Source of the DNA: the human T2T-CHM13v2.0 reference genome, Homo sapiens
Direction: 5' to 3' (one strand)
Assembly: GCF_009914755.1 (NCBI RefSeq)
Contig: NC_060925.1
DNA length: 64,000 nt
Part shown: in pieces, positions 37,315 through 51,099 of the stretch
Position numbering within the stretch: the stretch's first letter is position 1
Layout of the letters: each line of letters starts with the position of its first letter
Program-made: the position numbers and the translations under genes
Notes under the pieces: generated by a model
Told to the model about the DNA's origin: nothing
Databases searched by the model: none
What the model saw: the letters and a program-made list of their open reading frames with translations, nothing else

Positions 37315-40300
37315 GGGTGCTGCAATTTTGGGCGTGTGTTTCCCACTGTTAATTGGTAAGTTCCTTGAGGACCGAGCCAATGTTTTTTGAAATGTCTATA
37401 TCCCAGCTTTTCTAGTGAAGTGCAAGGCACAGAGAGGGGATTCAATAAACTTTTGAGGCATGATGGGGGAGGATGGAGGAGAGGATGGAAGGAAAGCAGC
37501 AGGAAAGGAGAAATGGAGGACAACAGCGTAGAGTCTAGAGAAGAGCTAGAAGCTCAGTGTAGTGGGAAGCTCAAGTGATGAAGAGAGAAGAGGCCGGAGA
37601 GATGGTTGGAGGGAGACCCTGAAGGGCTTGGTTCGATGAGTAATAAGTCATTTAAGCTCCATCCTGTGGGTTGTCAGCTCCCTCAGAGCCAGGGGTCGCA
37701 TCCCTTCCACTCTTTGTATCTCCAGAACCAAGCCCAGTGCCTTATGCATACTAAGTGCTCAGACCTGTTGTTGAATCAGCACAAACTCCTAGTGAGTGAC
37801 CAGGACATCTTCGGTGCATTAGGAACACCCTGTGGGCATGCCCAGACCACCTGGATTGCCTCAGAACCACACCCCACTCTGCTTTTCTACTTCTGATTAT
37901 GCGAAGGGCACCAGGAGGTGAGAGACCCCACATCTGTATGTGCACCTATGGGGACTGATGTGTTTTTCTGCACACGATTGCCACAAGTGGAATGGAGGTA
38001 TGGCTGGATGAAGTGGGTGACATTCTTCCCTCCCCATCTCCTTCCTCTATAACACTGTCATGGGTTTGTCACCAGCCAAAGGAGGCTGGAAACAAAGGAC
38101 ATGGAGGTAGCCTCCAAGCTGTCTGCATTAGCCCCAAACTAAAGCTTACCGTTTGCAAAAGCTATGTATTTAGAGAGCACATCTCACTGACAAATTACTT
38201 TCTACCAAATTTTAATGCGGCAGCATCCTCTGCTGTTTGCCAGCCCAGCCTCCAGGGGCTAGAACAGGCTGGATCCCACTGGGACTTTTTGAGAAGAGGC
38301 AGCTGCTGCTTGTATCTAGCTCAACTTTGGCTCCCAGTGCCTGAAAAACCTTTAGAGGTATCATGGAAACTCAGCGGGCATCTTAGGAACATGTTAGTGA
38401 CATTCTTGGCCAAAGTTGGAATGTTTGGGCCTTCCAGTTTATGGGGAAAAGACAAGAAATAGAGGTGTACTGAAAATAACAGAAGAGAGGCTGAAAATAG
38501 CCATGTGCTTGGCATCTGACAAGAGGAAAGGCGGTGTCCTAGAGGGAGTGGTGAGTGATGCTGGTCGGCTGCCCTTGGCCTCCTTTGAAGTCTGCTTCTA
38601 AAACCACCTCTTCTGGGGGCTCAGCAGTGCCCACCACTGGAGTGAAGTTCTGAAGAAGGGGATGTGGCACTGCCTGCAGAGAGCAAGTCTTGGCCCTCTT
38701 CTCCCCAACTTGCTCTCAGACTTTATTTTTACTGAGGTTTTAGCCTCAATCTTATCTGCATGTCAGCTTTCTAAGCCCACCTGTTCCCTCTCTCAAGGGA
38801 GTCTGACAAACTCTTTTTCATCCTTCAAGCAAGTCTCAGTTTCAGACATCACCTCCTCCAGGGAGACTCCCCTGATGCCCTTGAGCAAGATTTGCTGCCC
38901 CTCCTTTGTATTTCCCTGTCTTCTAGCACTTGTTCTATGCTACTGAAAATGGACTATGAATTAGGTGAAGGCAGAGATTGTCTTGCTGTCCTTGTAGCCT
39001 CAGTGTCCTGAACATTGTCTGCAACACATCACAGGGCCTTAGAAAATGTTGAACAAACAGATGAGCTCATTTCTAACATGAGTGCCCTGGACTGTTGGGC
39101 AGCCCCTCTGCATAATCTCTACTGTCCTGCTCCTTCATGTCTGTAGGGTCCAGGTCCCAGCTTCTTCCTCCCCTGGGCCAGCCTCCCAGACTCAGCATTA
39201 AGCTGCCAGATTCCAGACTCCAGTAAGGAAGCAAGGAGACTTCCAGATTGATGCTAAAACTTGTTAGCAAGTTGTATGTAATTTTATAATGTTTCTGGTA
39301 AGTGCTAATTGCCTGTTCCTTAAATATTTCTTGTTCTACTGGGAAGCAAAGAAATTGCAACTATGACTGCATTTCCCACAGCTGGTCGCCCCCATGGAGG
39401 GAGACTGGCTCAGAGTGCTCAGATATTGACAGATCAGGAGTCCCCTCCCCCGCCCCCTGACCTGGGATTGTGACAAGCAGAACTGGAGGGATTTCTGGGA
39501 AGCAAATGCCCCAATTTTCCCACCAGGTTCATGCTTTCAATGAGGAAGAAAGGATGATACTGGAGTGCCACCTGCCTGCCCCTAAGGTTGTATCTCTCTG
39601 CTCAAATTGGGACAGAGTGGGTATTGATGATGATGATGCAGCCAGATGTGCCTAAGGGATGAGTGGAAATGATGGATATGGGAGGTCTCTGCCCTTGGAT
39701 GCCTTATGCCATCCTACGAGAAACCTGCATCACAGCTACCCGCCCCCCAACCCCTGCTCGTTCCTGAGTCGAGATGTCTATCCTGTGTGGAACTCCCCAG
39801 GAGCTGGAATAACAGGGGCTAAAATGGAGGCAGAGGTAATTCTGAAGCTTCGGGTAATGATGTAGGTTGGAAGAAGAGCTGTAGGCCTTGGAGAGCAGAG
39901 AAGGGAGTAAGCTTCCAACTGAGCATTTACTAAATGTCAGGCCCTATGCTGGGTGCTTGACTATACTGAGTCCTCATGAGACCCTGGAAAGATAACCATT
40001 CATCAGCCCCTCTTCACAGGTTAGGAAATTCAGGCTCATTGATGGGGAGAGACTGGCACACAGGGAGTCAAAGGAAGATCCTGATTATAAGCTGGGTTTG
40101 CCCAACCCCAAATCCTACAGGGACAATAGAGAATGCATGGGCTGTTGGCATCTGTGCACTAGGAAGGTGGTAAAGTGGACCAAAAGGGAATTGAGAGGGT
40201 GCTGAGGAGGGTACCTGATTATGACTGAGTAGATCCTCATTACAATTTAATTCTACATGCTTTTCTGAGCATGTGTCCTGTGCCAGGCACTGAATTAGGC

Positions 40301-40794
40301 TCTACAGGACTGCAGAGATTTTTGTCTTGAATGGATTCGTAGAAACCAGAACTTGGTGGAATTATTATTATGGAGAACTTCGGATGTCATGTAGAAAACG
40401 TTATACTTTATCCTAAAATCAATGGGAAGTTGTCATTTTTTTTTTAACTAGGGGGGAATTGTGCCAGATTTGGATTCTGGGAAGATCACTGCTCCATGTG
40501 GCAGATGGGTAGATGGGAGTGAGAGGACTAGAGCCAGCGATGCTGGTTGGGAAGACTCTGCCACTATTCAAGTGAGAGGTGATGAGGGAGGGACTCAGCT
40601 CAGCAGTGAAACAGAAGTGGGATGCGGAAAACTGACAGAATCTGGGAATGGAGTCAGAGGTGGGGAGAGGGAAAAGGAGGAGGCGGAGATGAGGCCTAGG
40701 GATGGCATGGATGGTGGTGCTGTTCGTGAAGATGGGGTACACAGGTGCAGGTCACAGGTGTGGGGGCAGAGATGGCGAGCTTGGTTTTGGACGG

Positions 40795-40983
40795 TATTAC
40801 GGACTGAACTTGTGTGTTCCCCCAACTCCCCCAAATTCCTGTATTGAGGCTCTTAGCCCCCAGTGTGACTGTATTTGAAGATGGGGCCTCTAAGGAAGTA
40901 ATTAAGGTTAAATGAGGTCATAAGGGCAGGGCCCCGATCTGAGAGGATGGATGTCTAAGAAGAAACAACACCATGCTCATTCT

Positions 40984-41040
<57 letters not shown>

Positions 41041-41592
41041 GTGTGTGCATGCACCCAGGAAAGCCCATGCAAGGCCATGGTGAGAAGGTAGCTGTCTACA
41101 AGCCACGAAGAAAGCCCTCATCAGAAACCAAATTGGCCAAATCCTTAACCTTGGATTTCCAGCCTCTAGAACTGGGAGAAAACGGGGTGCTGTTCTGCCT
41201 TCTCTAGACACATGGCCTCCTATTAAAACAGTACAACCGTTATCTTTACCCCAGGGGACATTGTGGTATGACAGTGTTAGTGTAGGAAAGATGGGCCGGC
41301 CTTCTGTTATGGGGTGCTCTGTGCCCCCCAAAAAGACGTGTTGAAGTTCTGACTCCGGTACCTATAAATGTGATCTTATTTGAAAACAGAGTTGTTGCAA
41401 ATGTAAACCACCCAGTCTTTTTTGTTTTTGTCCCTTCCGCCTTTGACTTTTTATTTGAGGGGCGAAGCCCATCATTCTCACACCCTCCTGGTGAGGAGCT
41501 CCCTATACTATAAAAAGGTGGGTGGGTTGAGTCCCCGGCCCCCACCATGTGACTCCCTATCCCAGGGCATTTTGTTGTCAGCAGACTATACA
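40795..41592 (+). mobile_element. MLT1A-like LTR, inserted in an L2 and interrupted by two templated insertions (~41184-41405 and ~41418-41562)
   Basis: 5' part matches the intact copy at 63103-63490; 3' remnants ccacccagtc (41408-41417) and ggcattttgttgtcagcagactataca (41566-41592); contains (TC)25 at 40989-41038. Confidence 0.8.
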
Positions 41593-42027
41593 GGTGGGTG
41601 GGTTTGAGACAGCTGAGAGGGAAGCCATATCAAAATGTGTAACAGGAAGACTGAAATGCAAGTGGAGAACAGATGTGGAAGTCACCAGAGTTTGGGTTGA
41701 GGCTGAAACCATGGAAGTACACGTGATCAACTGCAGAAGGTTCTAGAATAAGAGGACTGAAGGCTGAGGATAGACTCTGAGGGGCAGTGGGGAGCCATGG
41801 AGGAGCTGTGAAGGAGCAGCCAGAGAGGTAAAAGAAAACCAGGAGGTGGAGGTGATAGGAGCCCAAGGAGCAGGATGGGCAAGGACAGGGAGTCACATCG
41901 GGGTGCCGGGGACTCAACCCACCCACCTTTTTATAGTAGAGGGGGCTCCTCACCAGGAGGGTGTGAGAATGATGGGCTTTGCCCCTCATATAAAAAGTCA
42001 AAGGTGGAAGGGACAAAAACAAAAAAG
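41417..42027. repeat. Inverted repeat: arms 41417-41562 and 41883-42027, 320-bp spacer
   Basis: Manual alignment of the left arm to the reverse complement of the right arm shows ~9 differences in ~146 bp. Confidence 0.95.
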
Positions 42028-42349
42028 TGGCCCACCCAACTTAGCCCCTTGAATTTTCACTGAGCCAGGTTCCAACGCACTGTGAGGCCTCCAGGCTCCT
42101 GCGAGCCTGATTCTGCCTCCTGCCACTTCTGGCTCCACGCCCTGCACTGAGGCCTTACAGAGCCACCTCATTTCTCTGCCAGTATGGGGAGGGAGGGCCC
42201 TAGGTGGGGAGTGCTGGTGTAAGGCAGGGACCTAAACCCAGGGCCTATCAGAGCACCTGGAGGCAGATCCAGGTGCCTGGCCTGGAGGACAAGAAATGTG
42301 GAAGGTTTGGCTGGAGAGAAACTTTGGTGACACCCCCAGGGAAGGCACC

Positions 42350-43150
42350 ATCTCTATGCCAGGCAATGTGCAAGGAGCTTTGAGATCTCATTTCACTCTC
42401 CTAACAACGCTCTCAGATTGGCATCATTATTTCCATTGTACAAGTCGGGGAACTGAGGCTCAGAGAGACCACAAGACTCAAGCTTACACAGCTGGGACCA
42501 CACTGGGATTTACTAGGTCTGGTGCAATTTCAGAGTCTGTGCTATTTTCTAGAATCCACTGCCTCTGTGCACAGAACCTGACGTAGTCCCTGTGGGTTTG
42601 CCATGTCTCTAAACACCCAGACTGTCCTTCCTAATTTGTCACGGCTCCAAGGAGAAGTCCTGCTGACACCTAGTCCATGAGCAGCATTCACATAGCATAT
42701 GCTTTATACCACATCCAAGCTGCTAGCTATTATAATCACAGCACCCAGCAAAATGTTGGTCACATAACAAAAGCTTAGCCAATACTGGCTGAGTGAAATG
42801 GACAAATGAACTTGTGAACTAACTCCCCAACCTCTGGTGACATGGAATCCAGGCTCATGATACTTGGTCTATTTGACTGGGGCAAAGCTTTGGCTTCTAT
42901 TAAAGATTTTATAAGGAATTGAAATTATGTAACCTTGGGAGGCTTCTGGTGCAAGGGGAAAATCCATGGGCTTCTGAAGCCAGGGAGACATGGGTTCAAA
43001 TCCCAGCTCTGCTACTTTCCACACTTGTGTGTGACCTCAGGCAGATTACTTCACCCCTCTGAGTCTCAGATTCTTCATCCATAAAATAGCAGCCATTTTA
43101 TCATTGTAAGCAATGAATGAGATGAAGTAATGTCTTTCAAGCCAGTGGTT
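42350..43150. mobile_element. Two MIR copies (~42350-42560 minus, ~42960-43150 plus)
   Basis: gggaactgaggctcagaga; gggttcaaatcccagctctgctact...ctctgagtctcagattcttcatccataaaat. Confidence 0.65.
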
Positions 43151-44445
43151 AGCTATGAATCCTCTCTTAAAAGAAGGCTTACAAAGAGCAAAAGAGAAGA
43201 AAGGAGAAGAAACAGAGGCAGGGTGGTCAGAACCCTCCATCCTGGGCATGCCCTATCCTACCATGGAGGTCCCTGGAGGGTACCGCAGGTCTTTGCAAGA
43301 CACTGTGAAAACCCTGAGATAATGAACATAAAGCTATGGCACATAGCAGGCTTTCAACAAGTGGTATGTCCCTTTCTTTTCCAACAAGATCACACCAAAT
43401 GCATCTAATTCCTCTTTCCCACATGAAAGCCCTTCAGATATCTGGACACAGCTCTCAAATCTCCCAAGTCCACTTCTTCTCCTGCATAAACATTCGGGGG
43501 CCATCAACATTTCTTACAGGAATTGCCTTAAATCCTCTCCTTATCTATCCCAAGCTGAGGTCCCACATCTAAGCTCAATTCTCTGGTGCCTGCTCAGGGC
43601 AGGATAAAGCACAACTAACTTCCTGGGATAAATTCCAGTAGCTAATTTCTTTTTAAGTCTTAAATCATGACTTGATATTTATTCCCACTTTATCTTTTCC
43701 TACTAATTTAGTCAATGGCTCTACCCCACCCAGATCTTTCTGCACTCTGTTTGCTGACTAGTATTGTCATCCCTTTCAAGTTCACGCTATTTACTTCTTA
43801 TTCAAACCGTTGGCAAAATATGGACAGATTAAGGGCATGAGGATGACATGGAATCATTTCTCCCTGCTTTTGGGAACATTCACTGCTGAACATCCATAGA
43901 ATTTCTGAAATGGGTGAAAACTTAGCAACTTTGCATCCATCTCCATTCCCCTTTTCAAAGTAGTGAGTGACAGGGCTTGGACCTGAATCAAGGTCTCCTG
44001 ATAGTTTTGTCTGCTGCTCCTCTCATAGCCCCACAGCTGCTTATGTGTAACTTTATGCACCGGAACAGCCCGCTCATTGAACTACCTGTGTACTGCCTCA
44101 TTAGTTACTCACTAATTGCTTTGCAATTTGCAACATTTCTTATGTTCACATTTCTTAATCTAACCATCTTCACAGGACCCTTGAGACCTAGGTTGTATTA
44201 TTATCTCTGTTTCACAGATGAAGAAACAGATCCTGAGAAAGGTTCCATGACCTGCCATGGAGCTAGAAAGTGACAGAACCAGGATCTGCACTCAGAGTCT
44301 GTCACCCCATAAGTATTTTCTGTCTGTTGTTCTGTCTTCCCTAGACACATGGCCTCCTATTCTTAAAAAATCTCAGTATAGCTGTCATCTTTACCCCAGG
44401 AGACATCATTGTATGACATTGTTAGTGTAGTATGGGCTAGCCTCC

Positions 44446-44862
44446 TGTTATGGGGTGAACTGTGTTCCCCAAAAAGACGTGCTGAAGTTCTGACTTCTGG
44501 TACTTATAAATGTGATCTTATTTGGAAACAGAGTTGCTGCAAATGTAATCAAGTTAAGATGGAGCCATGCTGGAGTAGGGAGGGCCCTTAGTCTAATATG
44601 CTGGTGTCCTTATAAGAAGAGGACAGAGAGACACACAGGAAGGTTGTGTGATGACAAAGGCAGAGACTGGAGTGATGCAGCTACAGCCAAGGAACAGCAA
44701 GGACTCACAGCCACCACCAGAAGCTAGGGAGAAGCAGGGGAGGATTCTACCCATAGTGGGGGCATGGCCCTGCTGAGCCTTGGCGTCAGACTTCCAGGCT
44801 CCAGAATGTGAGAGAATAAATGTCCGTTGTGTGAAGCCAGCCAGCCCAAGAACACGAATACA
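44446..44862 (+). mobile_element. MLT1C-like solo LTR with 5-bp TSD
   Basis: tgttatggggtgaactgtg...gaataca; TSD cctcc at 44441-44445 and 44863-44867. Confidence 0.85.
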
Positions 44863-45763
44863 CCTCCTGTGTACCTGTACCCAGTTTCGAAACAGAGTAC
44901 AGGTCCTGGAGCAGGAGGAACCTATGGTACACTGGGGGTATGCTGTGTGAGCCACACTGAAGGGACACCTTCTCCCCGCTCCCTGGGCCTGTCTCCCTAG
45001 TAGCCACCTAGTCATTCTGAGGACTTTAGGCTCACTTTTGTGACAAAGCGCTTTCCTGATCCCCTTTCAGATGTTCCTGAAAAGATGTCTGCTCCCTTCT
45101 CTGTGCTCCCACTGGCACTGTCCAGGCAGCTCTTTTGCATGCCACTTCGTTTGCTTTCCCCTCCATCTCGCCACTAGAGCACAAGTCAGTTGAGACGATG
45201 CCTAGACTTGATGTGTCTGTCCCCCTTGTGCTGGTCTAGCGTCTAGTACCTAAGAGGGGCTTAACAGTAACTTGTGGATGGCTTCTCCTTCCACCTTTGT
45301 AGGGACTGGCGTTAGCTGTTATTGGCCAAAGGGGGTTTGGAAGTGGTCAGAAGGGTGATGTTGAGGGTATCTCCTGGGCCCCAGGGTTTGCAGTTCCCTT
45401 AATGCCTATTCTAAGCAAGAGATGAAGACTCTTGTCTGCATCTTTCTCAGGCCACCAACAGTGGTGTTTATCTGTTCCTAGCCCTATGCACAGAGTCACT
45501 CATTCATCACATGCAACCCAATAGGGTATCTTGGGAAGCTATTGTCCTCTCTAAAGATTTTAAAAATAAGTGAGGCCTCTTAAAAGTCTCCATGAACCAG
45601 GTATGAATTGGGGATGGAACTGAGGTGTGCATCTGATGCTGGGTGCCTAGCATTTTAAGTGTTTTATCCCAGATAATCCTCAAAACAACCAGAAGGCCCT
45701 CAGAACAAAGAGGTGGCTGGGGCTCAGAGAAGTGGAATAACATGCCTAAGGGGGAGGAAGCTA

Positions 45764-46455
<692 letters not shown>

Positions 46456-47757
46456 TCATCCTGTCTTCCCCTTGGCTGTGGGTAGAATCTCATGGGTTGA
46501 ATCACAACTTTGACTCTCTAGCCCTGACCCTTGGGCTCACAAGGGAGATCTGTGTCCTTACTTGCTCAGGGGACAGGGATAGTTGGAGCCAAATCCAATC
46601 AAGAGGGTGTCTACATTCTTGCAACTTTTGATCTCTTGTGTGACCTGTATTGCAGAAAAGACCGCCGCCACCCCCACCTCCTTGCTGTCTTTATGTGGGT
46701 TTCCCCTCACAGAAACCCATTTCTCCAGTTGGAACCCAAGCCATTCTTTCAATGAGACATCTCCTTCCATTCCAGGATAAGGAACAAGGCTTAGAGTGTA
46801 GTCATTATCTGAGGGCCACATTCTTATTGAAGAAGAGGGTTTAAGCATGGGTGTGGGGGCGGGGAGGGGGGGATTCAATTCACAATCCCAACCCCAAGCA
46901 CCTACCCATGTAAGATACTGCACTTATCAATTTCCTACCCATTATCTCATTTAATGGCCCTGTTGCCAGGAAGGTAGGGGTTGTCAGCCCATAGTACAAT
47001 GAGAATATGGAAGTGCAGAATGGGCAGTGGCTTCTCCAAGGTCAACCTGATACAGTGGCAGAGCCAGGGGTCCCCTGTGCAGGCTGGGATTTCCAGAAGA
47101 AATCCAACCTCATTCTTTTGTTGAGATCAGACAAATTACCAGCACAGATGGAGGCAGGGGGTTGTGGAGTGGGCAACTGAACTAATGAGTCCTAATCTCT
47201 GCTTCACCCAGGGTCTCAGAGCTTGGGAGGCTGTTGAGTCAGCTGCAGAGAGGTCATCACACCATGGGGGATATGGAAGTGGAGCTCGGATAGAGCACAT
47301 GGGATCCAACAGCCTGGCCTGTGTGACATCCCTGAGCCTGGGCTCTGACAAGCTGAGTAAGGATTGTGGCCAGGCCAGTGCTGGCTCCTGACTCTGGGGT
47401 GCTGATGAGCAAGGGAAAAGGCTGGGACCCCTGCTTTTCCTCTGTTTGACCCAATTACAGCACCAGGCTCTGAGTCCACCATTCATTTGCTGTGGGACCT
47501 TGGGCAAGTGGTTGAGCCTCTCTGGGCTTTTTCACTCTATGTTAAATGAGGGGATTGTATGGTATGATCCTCAATAGCCTTTTCAAAAGTTCTGCTATTC
47601 TAAGGTTCTCTCTATGTCAAAGCACATTGGGATTGTGGGAGGAAAGAGAGCTGGGATCCTAGTCTCTTGGGCACAAAGAGCTGAGGCACCATATGGGTCA
47701 GTAAACTAGGGCAGAAAATGAGTGATGGGGATGCACCAAGTGAGGGGGAGAGGTAAG

Positions 47758-48353
47758 TGTGATGGTGAATTTTATGTGTCAACTTGACTAGGCCACAGGG
47801 TACCCAGCTACTTGGTCAAACATTATTCTGGGTGTTTCTGTGAGAGTGTGTTTGAATGAGATGAACACTGAAATCGACAGACTGAGTAAAGCAGATTGCC
47901 CTCTCCAAGGTGGGTGGACCTCATCCAATCAGTTGAAGGGCCAAACAGAACAAAAAGATGGACCCTCCCCTGAATAAGAGAATTCCTCCTGTCCAATTGG
48001 CTTTAAACTGAGACATCAGCTCACTTCTGGCTTTTGAACTTGAACTGTAACATCAGCTCTTCCTGGATCTTGAACCTACTGGCATTTGGACTGCAACTCC
48101 ATTATTGACTATCCTGGGTTTCTAGCTTCTTAACTCACCTGGAAGATCTTGGGACCTGTCAGTCTCCCAAAATCACATGAGACAATTCTTTACAACAAAT
48201 TATCTATCTATTTGCTGTTTGTCTGTCTATCTATCTATCTATCTATCTATCTATCATCTATCTGTCTATCATCTATCAATCATCTATCATCTATTTATCA
48301 TCTATCTGTGTATCATCTATCATCTATCAATCAATCGTCTATCATCTCTCTAA

Positions 48354-48397
<44 letters not shown>

Positions 48398-48458
48398 ATC
48401 TATCTATCTATCTCTATCTCCTATTGTTCTGTTTCTCTGGAGAACCCTCACTAATACA
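47758..48458 (+). mobile_element. MLT2 (ERVL) solo LTR
   Basis: tgtgatggtgaattttatgtgtcaacttgac...tctctggagaaccctcactaataca. Confidence 0.88.
48201..48420. repeat. Complex (TCTA/TCA)n tetranucleotide STR inside MLT2
   Basis: Directly visible. Confidence 0.95.
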
Positions 48459-49038
48459 GTGAATTAGGCATGGGGGAGAATGCCCTGTGGGCTCACATTC
48501 CATTCCTTTGTCTGGAGAAATCCCAAGTCCCAGCCATGTCACCTGATTCAGTGGGTACCATTGGATAAGATGAGTCATGTAACTGCCTGTATAGCATCAT
48601 CTCCAGGTAGGTGTAGGGAAGTTGTGAAAAACACCCAGAAAAGAACAGCCTCAGGACAAGCCAGCTGTTACTAAATGGCCATTTCTCATTCAGCATTAGA
48701 ACCAGAAGGAGATATCCTGGAGCTAGCCTTGTTGGGAAGGAGTGTGGCATGGGACATTGTCCTTGGCTGAAATCAAAAGACATGAACTTGAGTGCTGGTT
48801 CTGCTATCAACCTTCTCTGAAACCTTTGGGCCTCAGTCTCCCCATCTGTTAAAAGAGAATAATAACACCAGGGCTTAAGCGAGATAATTGATGCAAAAGT
48901 TTCCATCCCAGTGCCTGGGAGCATGGTAGGTGTTTAATGTTGGTGACACTCCACCTCCTTCCTGGAAGGGAGATGGATGTGGTCAGGGTGTTTGTCTCTG
49001 AAGCTAAGCCACATGTCCTGAGCAGAAGCATTTCCTGA

Positions 49039-49339
<301 letters not shown>

Positions 49340-49973
49340 TTTTTCCTGGTTTTCAAGTCAGGCTATTGGTGGTGGGCAAAAGAGAAGCTAAATGGTCCCC
49401 AAGAGCACAGACTCAACATAGTAGAATCCCATGACAGCTTGATATTCTCCTCTCCCTTGTCTGGAACATGTCATACTGGTCTTTTTTGGCTCAGGAAGTG
49501 TGGCCACTATGTCTATATGGTCCTGATTCTCTGAAACCATCCATTTCCCAGGGAGCTCTGAGCATGCAGAAAGGTTAGCAACTCATTTCCATTATCTCTG
49601 TCTGAGGTCAGGCTGCCACGGCTGGATGTGGCCTGGAGTAAAAACTGTCAGGGTGGCAGAATCAAGGTCTGCATGGAAGCAGCCAGCCAGTGGAAGGCTC
49701 CAGGTTCATCCACAAAACCTCGATCTCCCCTGCCCCCTAACAGACTGCTCATTCTATTCACATTTCATATGAATTCAGTGAGAAGGTGCCCAGTGCTCTT
49801 TTCCCCTTGGTCAGAGTAGAGAGAGGTAGAAGGATTATTGCTGAAACTAGGAACATTGCAGGATACTGTCTTTGCTGTAGTATGGTCTAGGGACCAGGCA
49901 GGACTCCACAAACCCCACCCCACCAACCCCAGCCACCGTCCCACCTTCCAAACAACATGCCCCACTGCACTTA

Positions 49974-50078
<105 letters not shown>

Positions 50079-51099
50079 CTAGGGAGGGAACACAGGGTTA
50101 GGAGCAGGCAGGGGCTGTGAGGAAGCCTTCCAAAGCCTTGAGGGGAGGAAGGATTTTCTGTGTTATGTCCCAATGCTCAGAGTCACTGGTGACACCATCC
50201 TAAACAAACTGACCATTTCTGTCCCACTTTAATGAGTGTGAACTATTTCTCTCCAGGCCATGCAGTCTCCAGGGCCCCCTGATGTTTCTGAAGATGTTCA
50301 TAGCACATCTGGCCAATTCTGGTGGCTGTCACAGCAACCGGGCACATCTGGCCAACAGCGAGATGATTAGACTCTTTCTTCACGCCTTAATGCACAGAAA
50401 TCCCCATGGGCTTGTTGGCAACTTTTCAGGCCACATGTGGAATCTCAGCTCTCTTGCCCCCAGGGACCTGCAGAAGTTTCTCTCGTCTTCTCCTCTGACT
50501 GCTTTTCTCCATCCTTTTTGTTTATTTGTTGAATAAATGAATGTTCTCAGAAAGAGATTTCAACAAGATTCCCCCCTCTTGTTTTAATCCTGCCTTCCAC
50601 AAATATTTACTAAGCACTCCCCATATGCCAGGCTGGGCGGTGGGTTTCCACAGTGAGCATGACATGGTATCTGCCCTCGCTAAGAAGGGGAGATAGAAAT
50701 GCAAACTGATAACCACAGCACTGGGGTGGGATGGATGCTACAGGGGGCTGTGGGAGCGAAGAGGAGCCTATGGCTCACCCAGCTGGAGTCAGGGGCAGGT
50801 GCTACTGGAGATGGGGGTGTCTGAGGAAATTCTGAAGGCTACTGATGACCCCATCAGGCCAAAGGGGGATGCTTGGAGAGGGAGGGAGGGGGATGCTCTG
50901 GGAAGGAGTCAGGTGCACAGGGCCTGAGCTATGGCAGAGATGGAACATTCCAGAAGAAATTATTCAGTGTCTGTTGCTAGCAGATCTACAAACTGAACAT
51001 ACCTGCTAGCTGCCTGGCTCTCGGGGATAATGTGACTGGGCCTTCAGTGCAAGAAGGTGACTTGGGAAGGTCTGGAATTTGAAAAGTTTTCCTGGAGTT

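Noticed and set aside
36877-37390. Overlapping 167-aa and 112-aa ORFs
   Set aside because: Partly MIR-derived, no recognisable domain or splice support; the same holds for the 156-166 aa ORFs at 26573, 28525, 37992 and 60172.
38626-38642. CTCF-like motif (CCAGTGGTGGGCAC on minus) and several TTCAGCACC REST half-sites elsewhere
   Set aside because: Mismatches at core CTCF positions; the REST half-sites lack a properly spaced GGACAG half.
48149-48454. 101-aa ORF with SIYL repeats
   Set aside because: Translation of the (TCTA)n STR.
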